From Cyanobacteria bacterium P01_A01_bin.123 (lineage in GTDB: Bacteria > Cyanobacteriota > Cyanobacteriia > Phormidesmidales > Phormidesmidaceae), in contig JBCBZT010000007.1 of assembly GCA_039815185.1 (NCBI GenBank), positions 149,403 to 213,402 on the forward strand: a stretch of 64,000 nt of DNA, given 5' to 3'. Every line of letters begins with the position of its first letter. Position 1 is the first letter of the stretch. Below are positions 21,416-31,231 of this stretch, piece after piece. The notes under the pieces were generated by a model. The model did no database searches, was not told where the DNA came from, and saw nothing but the letters and a program-made list of their open reading frames with translations. A program made the position numbers and the translations under genes.

Positions 21416-21682
21416 ATGACAGACGACGAACTTAGGCAACTGGTCGCAGCAAATGCAACAACCATGGCGGCTAGCAACGAACGGTTAAACGGGATCGAAG
21501 TTATGGCTGAACGCACCCAACAACAAATTGGTGATAATGCTAGGGCAATGGTTGAGGTTCGGCAAGCCCTCCGAACCAGTATTACAGACGTCGCGCACAT
21601 GATCGCCACGAATAGTCAAGAGACGGATAGGTCTTATCCATTCGTGACATTGATGCCCAGCGGTGAGTTGCCCTTGATATAA
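21416..21682 (+). CDS. Small coiled-coil hypothetical protein
   Basis: ATG ORF with heptad-like composition (MTDDELRQLVAANA...). Confidence 0.55.
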   Translation: MTDDELRQLVAANATTMAASNERLNGIEVMAERTQQQIGDNARAMVEVRQALRTSITDVAHMIATNSQETDRSYPFVTLMPSGELPLI

Positions 21683-21719
21683 TCGCGCTCTGTTGAGCAC
21701 TAAGCGAGCTGTAGAAAAG

Positions 21720-22961
21720 ATGACGGATTGGCGCGAGGTTGAGGGGGGCGTGACTGCGCCTAAAGGCTTCAGGGCTGCGGGAATTACGGCGGGATTGAAG
21801 CCCTCGGGGGCGCCGGATTTGGCATTAATTTTGTCTGATGCAGATGCGATCGCGGCGGGGGTATTCACCACAAGTCAAGTGCGTGCAGCCTGTGTTGACT
21901 ACTGCCGCGATCGCCTAGAGGCCAAAACTACCGCCCGCGCTATTTTGTGCAACGCTGGGCAAGCCAACGCCTGTACCGGTACTCAAGGTTGGGAAGACGC
22001 TGTAGATAGTGCTAATACGCTGGCTGCAGCTTTGAATATATCTGCCGATAAGGTGCTGCTGGCTTCCACAGGGGTCATTGGCCAGCGGATCAAAATTGAT
22101 GCACTCAAAGCTGGGATTCCTAATTTGATTACTGCCCTATCGGACTCGGGCAATGACGCGGCGGCTCAAGCGATTGTCACCACCGACCTAGTGCCTAAAT
22201 CCTACGCGTTAGAAATGACCCTTGGCGATCGCCCAGTAAGGGTGGGCGGCATTTCTAAAGGATCGGGGATGATTCACCCCAACATGGCGACTATGCTGGC
22301 GTTTGTTACCTGCGATGCCAGCGTCTCTCCCCATTTGTGGCAAGACATGTTGCAGCGAGCTGCCGATAGAAGCTTTAACCAAATCACGGTCGATGGGGAC
22401 ACCAGCACCAATGATTCTCTAATTGCGCTGGCTAACGGTGAATCCCGAACCCCGGCTATCACTGAGATGGGGCCAGCAGTGGAAAAATTAGAAGCAATGT
22501 TGACGGAGGTGTGTATTTATCTGGCCAAAGCGATCGCCCGAGACGGGGAAGGGGCCACCTGCTTATTAGAGATTTCCGTGAGCGGCACCGTCAACGACGC
22601 AGCTGCCTGTCAAATTGCTCGTACCGTTGCTGGATCGTCTTTGGTCAAATCGGCTGTGTTTGGCCGTGATCCCAATTGGGGACGGATTGCCGGAGCAGCC
22701 GGTCGTGCCGGTGTACCCTTTGAGCAAGATGAACTACGCGTGCAGCTCGGCGAAATCGTACTGATGGATAAAGGGCAACCGCTCCCCTTTGATCGTTCCG
22801 CTGCCAGCACCTACCTCACAACTGCTGCTGAAGGAGACTACCTAAAGACAGACACGGTGGCGATCGCAATTAGTGTTGGCTCAGGCCCAGGGCAGGGGAT
22901 TGCTTGGGGGTGTGACTTGAGCTATGACTATGTGCGGATTAATGCTGAATACACCACATAG
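21720..22961 (+). CDS. argJ: Bifunctional ornithine acetyltransferase / N-acetylglutamate synthase
   Basis: NAGQANACTG, STGVIG, KGSGMIHPNMATML, VDGDTSTND, DGEGAT, DPNWGRI, WGCDLSYDYVRINAEYTT. Confidence 0.97.
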   Translation: MTDWREVEGGVTAPKGFRAAGITAGLKPSGAPDLALILSDADAIAAGVFTTSQVRAACVDYCRDRLEAKTTARAILCNAGQANACTGTQGWEDAVDSANTLAAALNISADKVLLASTGVIGQRIKIDALKAGIPNLITALSDSGNDAAAQAIVTTDLVPKSYALEMTLGDRPVRVGGISKGSGMIHPNMATMLAFVTCDASVSPHLWQDMLQRAADRSFNQITVDGDTSTNDSLIALANGESRTPAITEMGPAVEKLEAMLTEVCIYLAKAIARDGEGATCLLEISVSGTVNDAAACQIARTVAGSSLVKSAVFGRDPNWGRIAGAAGRAGVPFEQDELRVQLGEIVLMDKGQPLPFDRSAASTYLTTAAEGDYLKTDTVAIAISVGSGPGQGIAWGCDLSYDYVRINAEYTT

Positions 22962-23085
22962 GGGGATAGGGAAGATAGGGTTGTGCTCTAAGGGTACCGT
23001 TGGCGTAACCTTCCTACAGGTAATAGGAAGGACGTGATTGCGCTCAGGGGCATGGCATCGGAATTTAGACTAATAACTCAAAATT

Positions 23086-23132
23086 TACTACAGGTAGCGC
23101 TTTTTGAGATACTATTTTCACTAGATGTAGTG
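23086..23132. promoter_or_regulatory. Candidate tandem NrdR boxes upstream of dnaG
   Basis: CACTAGATGTAGTG (23119-23132) and weaker TACTACAGGTAGCG (23086-23099), 33 bp apart. Confidence 0.5.
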
Positions 23133-23313
23133 GTTAGTCTGACCTTTCAATGAAATGTGAAGTGTTGATATGCGCTCCCACAGGATCGCGAACAATGCTT
23201 TTTACACGGTGGAACCCAATGTTTGAAAATTAATACAAAAGTATTAGTTTTTGGTGATCATCGTATATTTGAACTAGTGCCATCGCAGCCTCCGCGATTC
23301 TGCTGATTTGCCC

Positions 23314-25296
23314 ATGAGTACGCCCCGCCTCCATCCTGAAACGATTGATGCCGTTCGTGATCGCGTCGATATTGTCGATATCGTCTCGGATCAGGTGGTG
23401 CTGAAAAAGCAGGGCAAAGATTTTGTCGGCTTGTGCCCTTTCCATGACGATAAGTCGCCTAGCTTTAGCGTCAGCCCTAGCAAGCAGTTTTACTACTGCT
23501 TTAGCTGTGGGGCCGGGGGCAATGCCTTTAAGTTTATGATGGAGCTCAATAAGCGCTCCTTCGCCGATGTGGTCCTAGATTTGGCTCGCCGCTATCAGGT
23601 GCCCGTCAAAACCCTAGAACCGGAGAAACGTCAGGAACTCCAACGCAGCCTGTCTTTGCGAGAGCAACTGTTTGAAATCGTGGCGGTGGCGGCTAAATTT
23701 TATGAACATGCCCTGCGTCAGGTGGACGGTCAGCAAGCTTTAGCTTACCTGTTCGAGCAGCGGGGGTTAAGCGAAGAAACCATTCAACAGTTTCAACTCG
23801 GCTATGCCCCTGGCGGATGGCAAACTCTCTATGGCTATCTGGTTGAGCATAAACGCTATCCAGTAGACCTGGTCGAAAAAGCCGGATTGATTGTGCCGCG
23901 ACAAAAGGGCAGCGGCTATTATGACCGCTTTCGCGATCGCTTGATGATTCCCATCCACGATAATCAAAGCCGCATCATTGGCTTTGGTGGGCGGGCCTTT
24001 GGCGATGACAAACCCAAGTATCTCAACTCCCCTGATACCGAACTGTTTGACAAAGGCAAAACGCTATTTGGCCTCGATAAAGCTCGGGCGGCGATCGCCA
24101 AGCAAGACCGGGCCATTGTGGTGGAAGGCTATTTCGACGTGATTGCCCTCCACGCTGTTGGCATTCAGAATGTGGTGGCCTCCTTAGGCACGGCTTTAAA
24201 TGCAGCTCAGGTGCGCCAACTGCTGCGCTACACCGAATCTAAGCAAGTCGTCCTCAACTTCGATGCCGATGCCGCTGGGATCAAAGCCGCTGAACGCGCC
24301 ATTGGCGAAGCCGCCGAAATGGCTTATCAAGGCAACGTCCAACTGCGGGTATTGACCATCCCTGACGGCAAAGACCCGGATGATTATCTCAAATACCATG
24401 CCGCTGAAGAATACGAAGCCCTCGCCGATGCTGCCCCCCTGTGGATCGACTGGCAGATCCAGCAACTGCTCAAAGACTGCGATCTCAAGCAGTCTGATCA
24501 GTTTCAACAGGCGACTCAAACCGTTGTCGACTTGCTCAGCGACATTGCTAACGCCAATACCCGCACCCACTACATTCGTCACTGTGCCGAAATCTTTAGC
24601 CAGGGAGATGGTCGGTTAGTCCCCCTAATTGCCGAAAATCTGTTAGTCCAAGTTCGCCGCCAGCGTCGTTCCCCTGGCCAATCGCCCAAGACGAGCCTCC
24701 CGACTCAGGTCTGGAAAAATAACGCCCTTGAACAAGCCGAAGCCGCGCTGCTGCGAATCTACATCCACTCCGAACGCGATCGCGATGCCGTCTTGCAAGC
24801 CCTCGAAGCCAGTGACCTGCAATTCAGCTTCTCCCATCACCGTGCCCTTTGGCGACAAACCCAAGCCATAAGACAACAGCCCCCCGCTCTCCCTCCCTCC
24901 CCCGCTCCCTCTGCTTCCTCCACCCCAACTCCCCTCATCGATCACCTCCGCGATCGCTGTGCCGAAGACAGCGCCCAACTCACCCAAGCCGCCCACCTGC
25001 TTTATCTGGATGAAAAAGTGCAGCGGGACATTCTGCGAGCCCCGTTGGTGATTCGGGCTGCGATCGCCTGCATGGAAAAACACCTGTGTGAAAAGCGCTA
25101 CCGCCATTTTCTCAATCTGTGGCGTGAAACTGACTGTACCGCCTCGCCCGACCAGCATACCTATTATCAGAAGCAGGTCTATGCTGAGAAACGCCGTATC
25201 GAAGACTTGGAAAAACAGCGCCACACTAATTTTGAAGATTTGCTGAAACTGCCCTGGATCGGTGAGTTTTATAACGCGTTAGAAAGCCCCCAATGA
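23314..25296 (+). CDS. dnaG: DNA primase
   Basis: CHC2 zinc finger CPFHDDKSPS...CFSC, DRFRDRLMIPI, FGGR, KYLNSP, VEGYFDV, FDADAAG, KDPDD. Confidence 0.97.
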   Translation: MSTPRLHPETIDAVRDRVDIVDIVSDQVVLKKQGKDFVGLCPFHDDKSPSFSVSPSKQFYYCFSCGAGGNAFKFMMELNKRSFADVVLDLARRYQVPVKTLEPEKRQELQRSLSLREQLFEIVAVAAKFYEHALRQVDGQQALAYLFEQRGLSEETIQQFQLGYAPGGWQTLYGYLVEHKRYPVDLVEKAGLIVPRQKGSGYYDRFRDRLMIPIHDNQSRIIGFGGRAFGDDKPKYLNSPDTELFDKGKTLFGLDKARAAIAKQDRAIVVEGYFDVIALHAVGIQNVVASLGTALNAAQVRQLLRYTESKQVVLNFDADAAGIKAAERAIGEAAEMAYQGNVQLRVLTIPDGKDPDDYLKYHAAEEYEALADAAPLWIDWQIQQLLKDCDLKQSDQFQQATQTVVDLLSDIANANTRTHYIRHCAEIFSQGDGRLVPLIAENLLVQVRRQRRSPGQSPKTSLPTQVWKNNALEQAEAALLRIYIHSERDRDAVLQALEASDLQFSFSHHRALWRQTQAIRQQPPALPPSPAPSASSTPTPLIDHLRDRCAEDSAQLTQAAHLLYLDEKVQRDILRAPLVIRAAIACMEKHLCEKRYRHFLNLWRETDCTASPDQHTYYQKQVYAEKRRIEDLEKQRHTNFEDLLKLPWIGEFYNALESPQ

Positions 25297-26021
25297 GACT
25301 CCCTGCTGATTGGCGCTTACCCGAGACGATTCAAAACCGCTTTGGCCAAAAGGGAGCGGGAAAACAGCGGGCGATGTTGGCGGATGGTCACTTGCTATTA
25401 GTGCTGCATCGGGTTCCTCAGACCCATGATCTAAATCGCGACGCCGTCTTTTTTTGGCGTAAACCCGATGGCAGTTGGTTACACAGTGGGGATAAGTACG
25501 GGATTCAACCGTTAGTCAGACACCTCAAACAATATGGTGAAGCCGAGGAAAATTTAGTCCAGGCTTACGATCAGTCCAGCAGCGCGGAAGACTACTTTAG
25601 GCTGCTAGAAGCGATCGCCCCCCTACGGCTTGCCACCCAAAATCTGCAAAGTACACTACAAACAGCACGGGAAGCCGTTCCCAGCGATCGCGACATTATC
25701 GACCTCCGCGATTGGGCCTACGACATAGAACGCACCCTCAGTCTGCTGCAAGACAACGCCAAAAATGCCCTGGATTATAAAGTTGCTCAGCGGGCGGAAG
25801 AACAAGCCCAATTGAGTCTGGCTTCGGTGGAAGCAGGGCATCGGTTAAATATTTTGGCGGCGATCTTTTTCCCGCTGACAGCCATCTCTTGTCTGTTTGG
25901 CATGAATGTCGCCAGCGGGTTTGAAAACACGTCGTTGGGCACCTTTTGGGCGATCGCGTTGGGGTCTGTCGGCTTAGGCTTAGTGGTGCGGCGCTGGGTC
26001 ACTCGCGGCAAATGGCTGTAA
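25293..26021 (+). CDS. CorA-like short divalent cation transporter-family protein
   Basis: C-terminal LAAIFFPLTAISCLFGMN plus second TM helix; overlaps the dnaG stop codon. Confidence 0.7.
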   Translation: MRLPADWRLPETIQNRFGQKGAGKQRAMLADGHLLLVLHRVPQTHDLNRDAVFFWRKPDGSWLHSGDKYGIQPLVRHLKQYGEAEENLVQAYDQSSSAEDYFRLLEAIAPLRLATQNLQSTLQTAREAVPSDRDIIDLRDWAYDIERTLSLLQDNAKNALDYKVAQRAEEQAQLSLASVEAGHRLNILAAIFFPLTAISCLFGMNVASGFENTSLGTFWAIALGSVGLGLVVRRWVTRGKWL

Positions 26022-26087
26022 GGATCGACTTGAGTTCTCCTTGCTAGGATGAAGGTGGTGCTCATTCGTGATACTCACGCCTAACTC

Positions 26088-27125
26088 ATGGTTAAGTATT
26101 ACCAGACTCGCCGCAATTTCTTACTGACAGCCCTCAGTGCCACAGGCGGAGCCTTCGGAGTTTCCGCTTGTCAACAGGCCGTTACCCAATTTCAACAGGC
26201 TCAGTCAAGCGGGTCTGTTGCCGCTACCCAAGAGACTGCTGTTGCCATGGCAGATGACGGCTTGGATCAGATCACGGTCATGCCCGAACGGCCTTTTGGC
26301 GGTACGGGGCTCACCTTGCCTGTCTTGGGACTGGGAGGATCGGCCTCCCCTCTTTCGCGCGCGAATGAGGAAGCCGAAGCGATCGCGATTATTCAAAAGG
26401 CTCTAGACCTCGGGATTCGCTACTTTGATACCGCTGCTAGCTACGGCCCCAGTGAAACTTTTTTGGGCAAGGTCTTACCGGCTTACCGATCTGAAGTAGT
26501 CATTGCCACTAAGACGAGACGGTTTAACTATGACGGGGCTTGGCGAGATCTCGAACAATCGTTACAACGGCTCAATACCGACAGGCTTGATCTATGGCAG
26601 TTCCACGGTCTGGCTGTTGATCGAGACGTTGAGACGCTATTGCACCCGCAAACGGGCGCAATTAAAGCTGCTGAAGAAGCACAAACTCAGGGCTTGGTAC
26701 GCCATGTCGGGGTCACGGGCCATCACAGTCCAGACGTGATTGCAACGGCTCTGAAACGGTACCCGTTTGTTGCTGCCTTGGTGCCTGTCAATGCCGCAGA
26801 CAAGCATACCCCACGCCCCTTCATTACCCATTTACTTCCCATGGCCCATCAGCAAAACGTGGCTGTGATTGCTATGAAGGTCCCGGCCTATGGGCGATTG
26901 TTTCAGCCCGGAGTGCTTTCAGGGATGTCAGAAGCGATGGGATATGCGCTTTCTCAGCCGGGCGTTAGTACTTGCATCATTGCCGCAGAAAACATCGCCC
27001 AGCTCGAAGAGAACGTGGCGGTGGCGCAAGCGTGGCAACCGATGCCTGCTGATCTGATGGCGTCGGTTGAACAGCGAACCGCTGCCGTTTGGCAAGAAAA
27101 CAGCTTCTTTCGGCGTTGGACGTAA
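26088..27125 (+). CDS. Aldo/keto reductase with Tat signal, possibly a lipoprotein
   Basis: TRRNFLL...GVSAC; YFDTAASYG, IATK, SLQRLNTDRLDLWQFH, GVTGH. Confidence 0.88.
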   Translation: MVKYYQTRRNFLLTALSATGGAFGVSACQQAVTQFQQAQSSGSVAATQETAVAMADDGLDQITVMPERPFGGTGLTLPVLGLGGSASPLSRANEEAEAIAIIQKALDLGIRYFDTAASYGPSETFLGKVLPAYRSEVVIATKTRRFNYDGAWRDLEQSLQRLNTDRLDLWQFHGLAVDRDVETLLHPQTGAIKAAEEAQTQGLVRHVGVTGHHSPDVIATALKRYPFVAALVPVNAADKHTPRPFITHLLPMAHQQNVAVIAMKVPAYGRLFQPGVLSGMSEAMGYALSQPGVSTCIIAAENIAQLEENVAVAQAWQPMPADLMASVEQRTAAVWQENSFFRRWT

Positions 27126-27204
27126 TGATTGTAGGCGCGATCGCTGAAGGGATTTCAATCAATTAAAAATTGACCCGCTGTTCTTTGGCAACCAGTTTGA
27201 CACT

Positions 27205-28146
27205 ATGGTCACTATTAAGTCTCTAACCCCTGAACAGGAAGCACTCATTCCAATCTATTGCAGCAAGTGGCGATCGCTGATCACGTCTACTGAGCGTCTA
27301 AATCGATCCCGCGTAGAAGGAAGCTTGAGAGCCGCCTATCTGCTGGCGGAAAAACCTGAACCCGAGTTTCGCTTCCTCAATGGGCCTAACGAGCTTAAGC
27401 AGTTGCGAGAACAGCAATCGGCTTTAGCGTTTATCCGTCAGTTTGGTGCACCCGTATCTCTACTTGACACTCAAGTGGTCAAGCGCATCCGCAGTAGGCT
27501 TGATGATGCCTTAAAACAACACATCGAAACTCAACTGTTAGACAATCTTCAACTGCAATCTTCAATTTATTCGTTGGCTACCCATCCTTTTGCTGACCTA
27601 GCTGCCCAAGCGGTTCGAGAAGGGTTTGAAACTGCTGGTGCTAGGGGCCGAGATGATCTCAGGAATCAGTTGGGTGGGGAATTCTTGCTGACAATGAGTG
27701 ACACTGTTCAACAAATGACAGAGGCAGTTTTCCAGACAGTAAACGCAACGATACAACAAGTCTCAGCAAGTCAACCTTTCATGCAGCCTATAACCCAATG
27801 GCAGGAAAGACTACAGGTTACGGGTCAGGCTTTATCAACTGCAGCGACCCTTGCTGGGGTCTTCAATATGGTTGCAGCTATGCAATACAGCTATCTCGAT
27901 TTCTACTCATCCATTCTGGACTTTTCTGATTCTGACCAGAAACATCTGGCCACCATCCGTTCTATCTTTCGGGCCTGTAGCGCATTAGTCATTCCGTTTG
28001 AGACGCTTTGTCTTGTCATCGAACGACCGACAAAAATTTCCTTGGATGCAGAGGGAAAACTCCATGCTGATCATGAACCAGCACTCGTTTTTGCTGATGG
28101 CGCAGAATTTTATATCCACCATGGTGAGTGCATCACACCTGATTAA
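27205..28146 (+). CDS. DUF6745-like hypothetical protein
   Basis: N-terminal LTPEQEALIPIY..KW and C-terminal ERPTKISLDAEGKLHADHEPALVFADG...HG. Confidence 0.7.
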   Translation: MVTIKSLTPEQEALIPIYCSKWRSLITSTERLNRSRVEGSLRAAYLLAEKPEPEFRFLNGPNELKQLREQQSALAFIRQFGAPVSLLDTQVVKRIRSRLDDALKQHIETQLLDNLQLQSSIYSLATHPFADLAAQAVREGFETAGARGRDDLRNQLGGEFLLTMSDTVQQMTEAVFQTVNATIQQVSASQPFMQPITQWQERLQVTGQALSTAATLAGVFNMVAAMQYSYLDFYSSILDFSDSDQKHLATIRSIFRACSALVIPFETLCLVIERPTKISLDAEGKLHADHEPALVFADGAEFYIHHGECITPD

Positions 28147-28231
28147 TGGATAGATATCAGGTGCATTTTTATTGTTTTGATCAATTTAATTCTCCAAGTG
28201 CGATCGCTCTCTATCTACATGTATTATTCAC

Positions 28232-28630
28232 CTATCTAACGCTAGCCACTGCCTCAACCTCAACAAGTATTGAGGGTGATGCGAGGGAAGCTACGCCGAT
28301 ACCTGTTACAGATGGACGAGATTCGCCTAAAAAGTTAGAGAGAATAGGGGCAACAGCTTCCATGTATTCTCCGAGTTCACCTCGGATATAGACACGAACT
28401 TGCAATAGCTGTTCAACTGATGAACCAGCTGCTGTTAGGGCAATTTTAAGATTTTCAAGTGCCTTTCTCATTTGTCCTTCGACCGAGTTTTCTGTGGTCT
28501 CATATTGATGATTCCAATCGACCTGACCAGATACAAAAACTAGCCCCAAGTCCGTCTCAACAGTAGCCTGAGACATGCCAAATGCAGCACCATCGTACAG
28601 TTCCTCTGGGTTGATTCGTTTTTTGCTCAT
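28232..28630 (-). CDS. RidA/YjgF family protein
   Basis: VFVSGQV, ALENLKIALTAAGS, RPSVTGIGVASL...LVEVEAVA. Confidence 0.9.
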   Translation of the reverse strand: MSKKRINPEELYDGAAFGMSQATVETDLGLVFVSGQVDWNHQYETTENSVEGQMRKALENLKIALTAAGSSVEQLLQVRVYIRGELGEYMEAVAPILSNFLGESRPSVTGIGVASLASPSILVEVEAVASVR

Positions 28631-28669
28631 GTTGTCCTCCCACGTGAATTTTAGAAACAGCGATCTTCC

Positions 28670-28994
28670 TTATGATTTTTTGTCTGAGTTAAGCGCCCGC
28701 AAGACAAAAGCATTAACTGAGTATGAATCAGTATTTGTGGGTGCGCATAGCTTTAACTCATTGAGTATACTCACAAAGCTAGTCTCTGCGATGATTTCAT
28801 TGGTTTCTAATGATCTGACATAAATCCTATGGCTGGTTATACCCAATGATTTAGGGAGATCCTCCGCCAAATTTTCAGACCTGACTTCAAGATTTGCCTC
28901 AAGTTCATCGATTGGGATACGCTCGCCACGTTTGTCTGGATTTATTCGGACGTAGGGAAGTTCGGTTTTATTTTAGAGATTTGTAGAAAAGCAT
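28670..28994 (-). pseudogene. Possible frameshifted small hypothetical gene
   Basis: Open frame extends about 100 codons to a TAA near 28975; the nearest ATG (28994) is one base out of frame across an A-rich tract. Confidence 0.3.
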
Positions 28995-29019
28995 GAATTT
29001 TTAGACGCCTAGTATCTCA

Positions 29020-29529
29020 CTACCAGAAGAATTTTCGAGATTCTAAAGTCCCTGCTAATATTTTGGCTGCATCTCGAATTGCACGTTGACAACGCCAGTG
29101 TCCATCAGTTGCACATGATGAATTCAACTCTTTATGAACCAGAAGGGCTTCTGCTTCTCCTATCCTGACAGCAGCCTGGAATAGTAAGAACAGTGCCTCA
29201 CTGCGAGAAGAAAGTGGCGTGACATTTTGAGCCTGTCTTGTAGCAGTATTCAATATCTTTTTTGCCTTTGAGAGGATATTACGTTCAGATAACGCCGCAA
29301 TTTCCCAGGCCCTAACGGCACAGCATTTGTATGCATCATTACATGCGTTTGCAGATTTCTCAATAAGTGAAGCAATCAAATCCAGATCGGCATCTGTGAA
29401 CCTGAGGATCCAGGCTAAGGCTTGCGCTCTGAACCATGGATCACTAATTTTGCGAGCCCCTTCAAGAGCTTTCTTGGGATTACTTTTTGCAAGACTAGCT
29501 ATTTTGTCTCTAGCAAGCGTATCATTCAT
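29020..29529 (-). CDS. Hypothetical alpha-helical repeat protein
   Basis: ATG overlaps the upstream stop (ATGAATGA); ALEGARKISDPWFRAQALA-type repeats. Confidence 0.7.
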   Translation of the reverse strand: MNDTLARDKIASLAKSNPKKALEGARKISDPWFRAQALAWILRFTDADLDLIASLIEKSANACNDAYKCCAVRAWEIAALSERNILSKAKKILNTATRQAQNVTPLSSRSEALFLLFQAAVRIGEAEALLVHKELNSSCATDGHWRCQRAIRDAAKILAGTLESRKFFW

Positions 29530-29950
29530 CACTACTAAGTTTACGCCAGGCTTTGTGATATCTTTCAAGGCGTTCTAAATCTTTTTCTTTCAACTCCGGA
29601 ATTCTACGGATATTCATGTTGTCCTTTAAATCCGCTAACTTAACTTCACTTGCGATTCTATTGTTTTGGATTCGTTCAATATAGGCTTCGTAAGTCTCTC
29701 TATCACGATGTGTTAGACAATCTAGTGCTTCAATCACTGCAGGTGGAAACCCTTCTGCTTCTAAATCTTCTAGTGTCCATTGTGTATCCTCTACAACATC
29801 ATGAAGCACTGCCGACATTCTTGCTTCATCTGATGTCACTGATAGCATCAGCGTTAACGGATGAAGTACATAGGGCAAACCGTTTTTTTGGCGTTGCCCT
29901 TTATGTGCCTCAACGGCTATTTCTAAGGCTCGCTGTAGATCTGCCATCAT
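29522..29950 (-). CDS. Stand-alone HD-domain (p)ppGpp hydrolase-like protein (small alarmone hydrolase / Mesh1-like)
   Basis: AHKGQRQKNGLPYVLHP, AVLHDVVEDT, VKLADLKDN. Confidence 0.85.
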   Translation of the reverse strand: MMADLQRALEIAVEAHKGQRQKNGLPYVLHPLTLMLSVTSDEARMSAVLHDVVEDTQWTLEDLEAEGFPPAVIEALDCLTHRDRETYEAYIERIQNNRIASEVKLADLKDNMNIRRIPELKEKDLERLERYHKAWRKLSSDE

Positions 29951-30294
29951 TTCTTCTCGACTCTCTGAGTGTAATGATGCGTTGTGACGCATTCTATAAT
30001 ATCGGGCGATCGCACCTTTTTCCTTATCTCATTTACTAGCAACCGTAGTAGGAAATCCCACCTTTAATCCTTAACAAGTGGTTGCAATTTGACGTTAATT
30101 TATAAGTGCGATTGCGCTACAAAGATAAGAATATAATTAGCGTGCTAATGTTTTCGTTGGATTATACTATCGCCTTTCTTGCATACCTTTGGGCTATATC
30201 CAATCTACGAAGTGAGCGAAGCACTGAGGCAGTTAGAAGGTGCTTCGGTCACGCCTGTATGCCACATGAATCCAATTGCTGAAGTTTCGAGTCC

Positions 30295-30870
30295 TCATCG
30301 TGCGGCGAGGAATTCTAGTACCCGCTGCATCAATAGAGCGGATGCATTTGCATCGTACGACGGCAGTGAGCTGTCTGCAAAGATGTGCTGTTCGCCGGGG
30401 TAGAGGAACATTTCTGCGTCTTCCGCTTCTTCAACCAGCGACCGAGCGGCATCAATGTCCCCTTCACCAACAAAGAATGGATCGGCATCCTTAGCATGCA
30501 CCTGTACAGGCACCCCTTTCGGCCAGGCCGAGCTAAACTCCGAGACTGGCACGCAGGCATAGAAGAGAAGCGCGCCCCGCGCGCCGACGCGGGTCTGGGC
30601 CAGTTTCTGTGACGGAACTACGCCTAGAGAAAAACCAGCGTAGACCAACTCAGCGGGCAACCCGGCCACGGCTTGCTCTCCGCGCTCAATCACCTCGCCA
30701 AAGCCAAGTTCCTCAACGAATCTCATACCCGTCTCCAGGTCATCGAAGGTGCGACCATCGAAGAGATCGGGCATGTGGACGAGGTGCCCGCTGCAACGAA
30801 GCCTTTCAGCAAACGTAGCGATGCCAGGGGTCAGGCCTTGCGCGTGGTGGAATAATATGACCTCTGCCAA
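30295..30870 (-). CDS. Dienelactone hydrolase-family alpha/beta hydrolase
   Basis: LFHHAQGLT, PDLFDG, YAGFSLG, DPFF, YPGEQHIFAD; TTG start after GGAGGG RBS. Confidence 0.85.
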   Translation of the reverse strand: MAEVILFHHAQGLTPGIATFAERLRCSGHLVHMPDLFDGRTFDDLETGMRFVEELGFGEVIERGEQAVAGLPAELVYAGFSLGVVPSQKLAQTRVGARGALLFYACVPVSEFSSAWPKGVPVQVHAKDADPFFVGEGDIDAARSLVEEAEDAEMFLYPGEQHIFADSSLPSYDANASALLMQRVLEFLAAR

Positions 30871-30952
30871 TATCAACCCTCCTGCTCGCGAACCGCCAAT
30901 ATAGCTAATACCTCTTCTAAGCTAATACCTTCTAGCGGCAATGGAATTGCGC

Positions 30953-31231
30953 TTAAGGGGCCGAAGACAGGTCAATGCTAGCGGACGAAAGCAGCGGTTC
31001 GCCTTCAAAGTAGCTGTCTGAGTCTGCAAAGGATGTGATCACCACCAGTGCTTCATCGCTTGGCAGCGCATCTGCATCAAAGTAGTCAAACTCAAAACGG
31101 CACCGGCCGGTGCCGGAGCAGCCCAATACTTCTGTGTAGCCCCTGTCGTACATCTTTTGCTCCAGGGGTGTGTGGTGATCCATTGAGACGTCCTTTGCGA
31201 CCCAGCCCGTATCCATCAGCCGCGATCGCAC
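30953..31231 (-). pseudogene. 5'-truncated fragment of a hypothetical gene
   Basis: Coding-like (EVLGCSGTGRCRFEF), but the frame begins exactly at the HIP1 hairpin with no RBS or leader. Confidence 0.5.
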
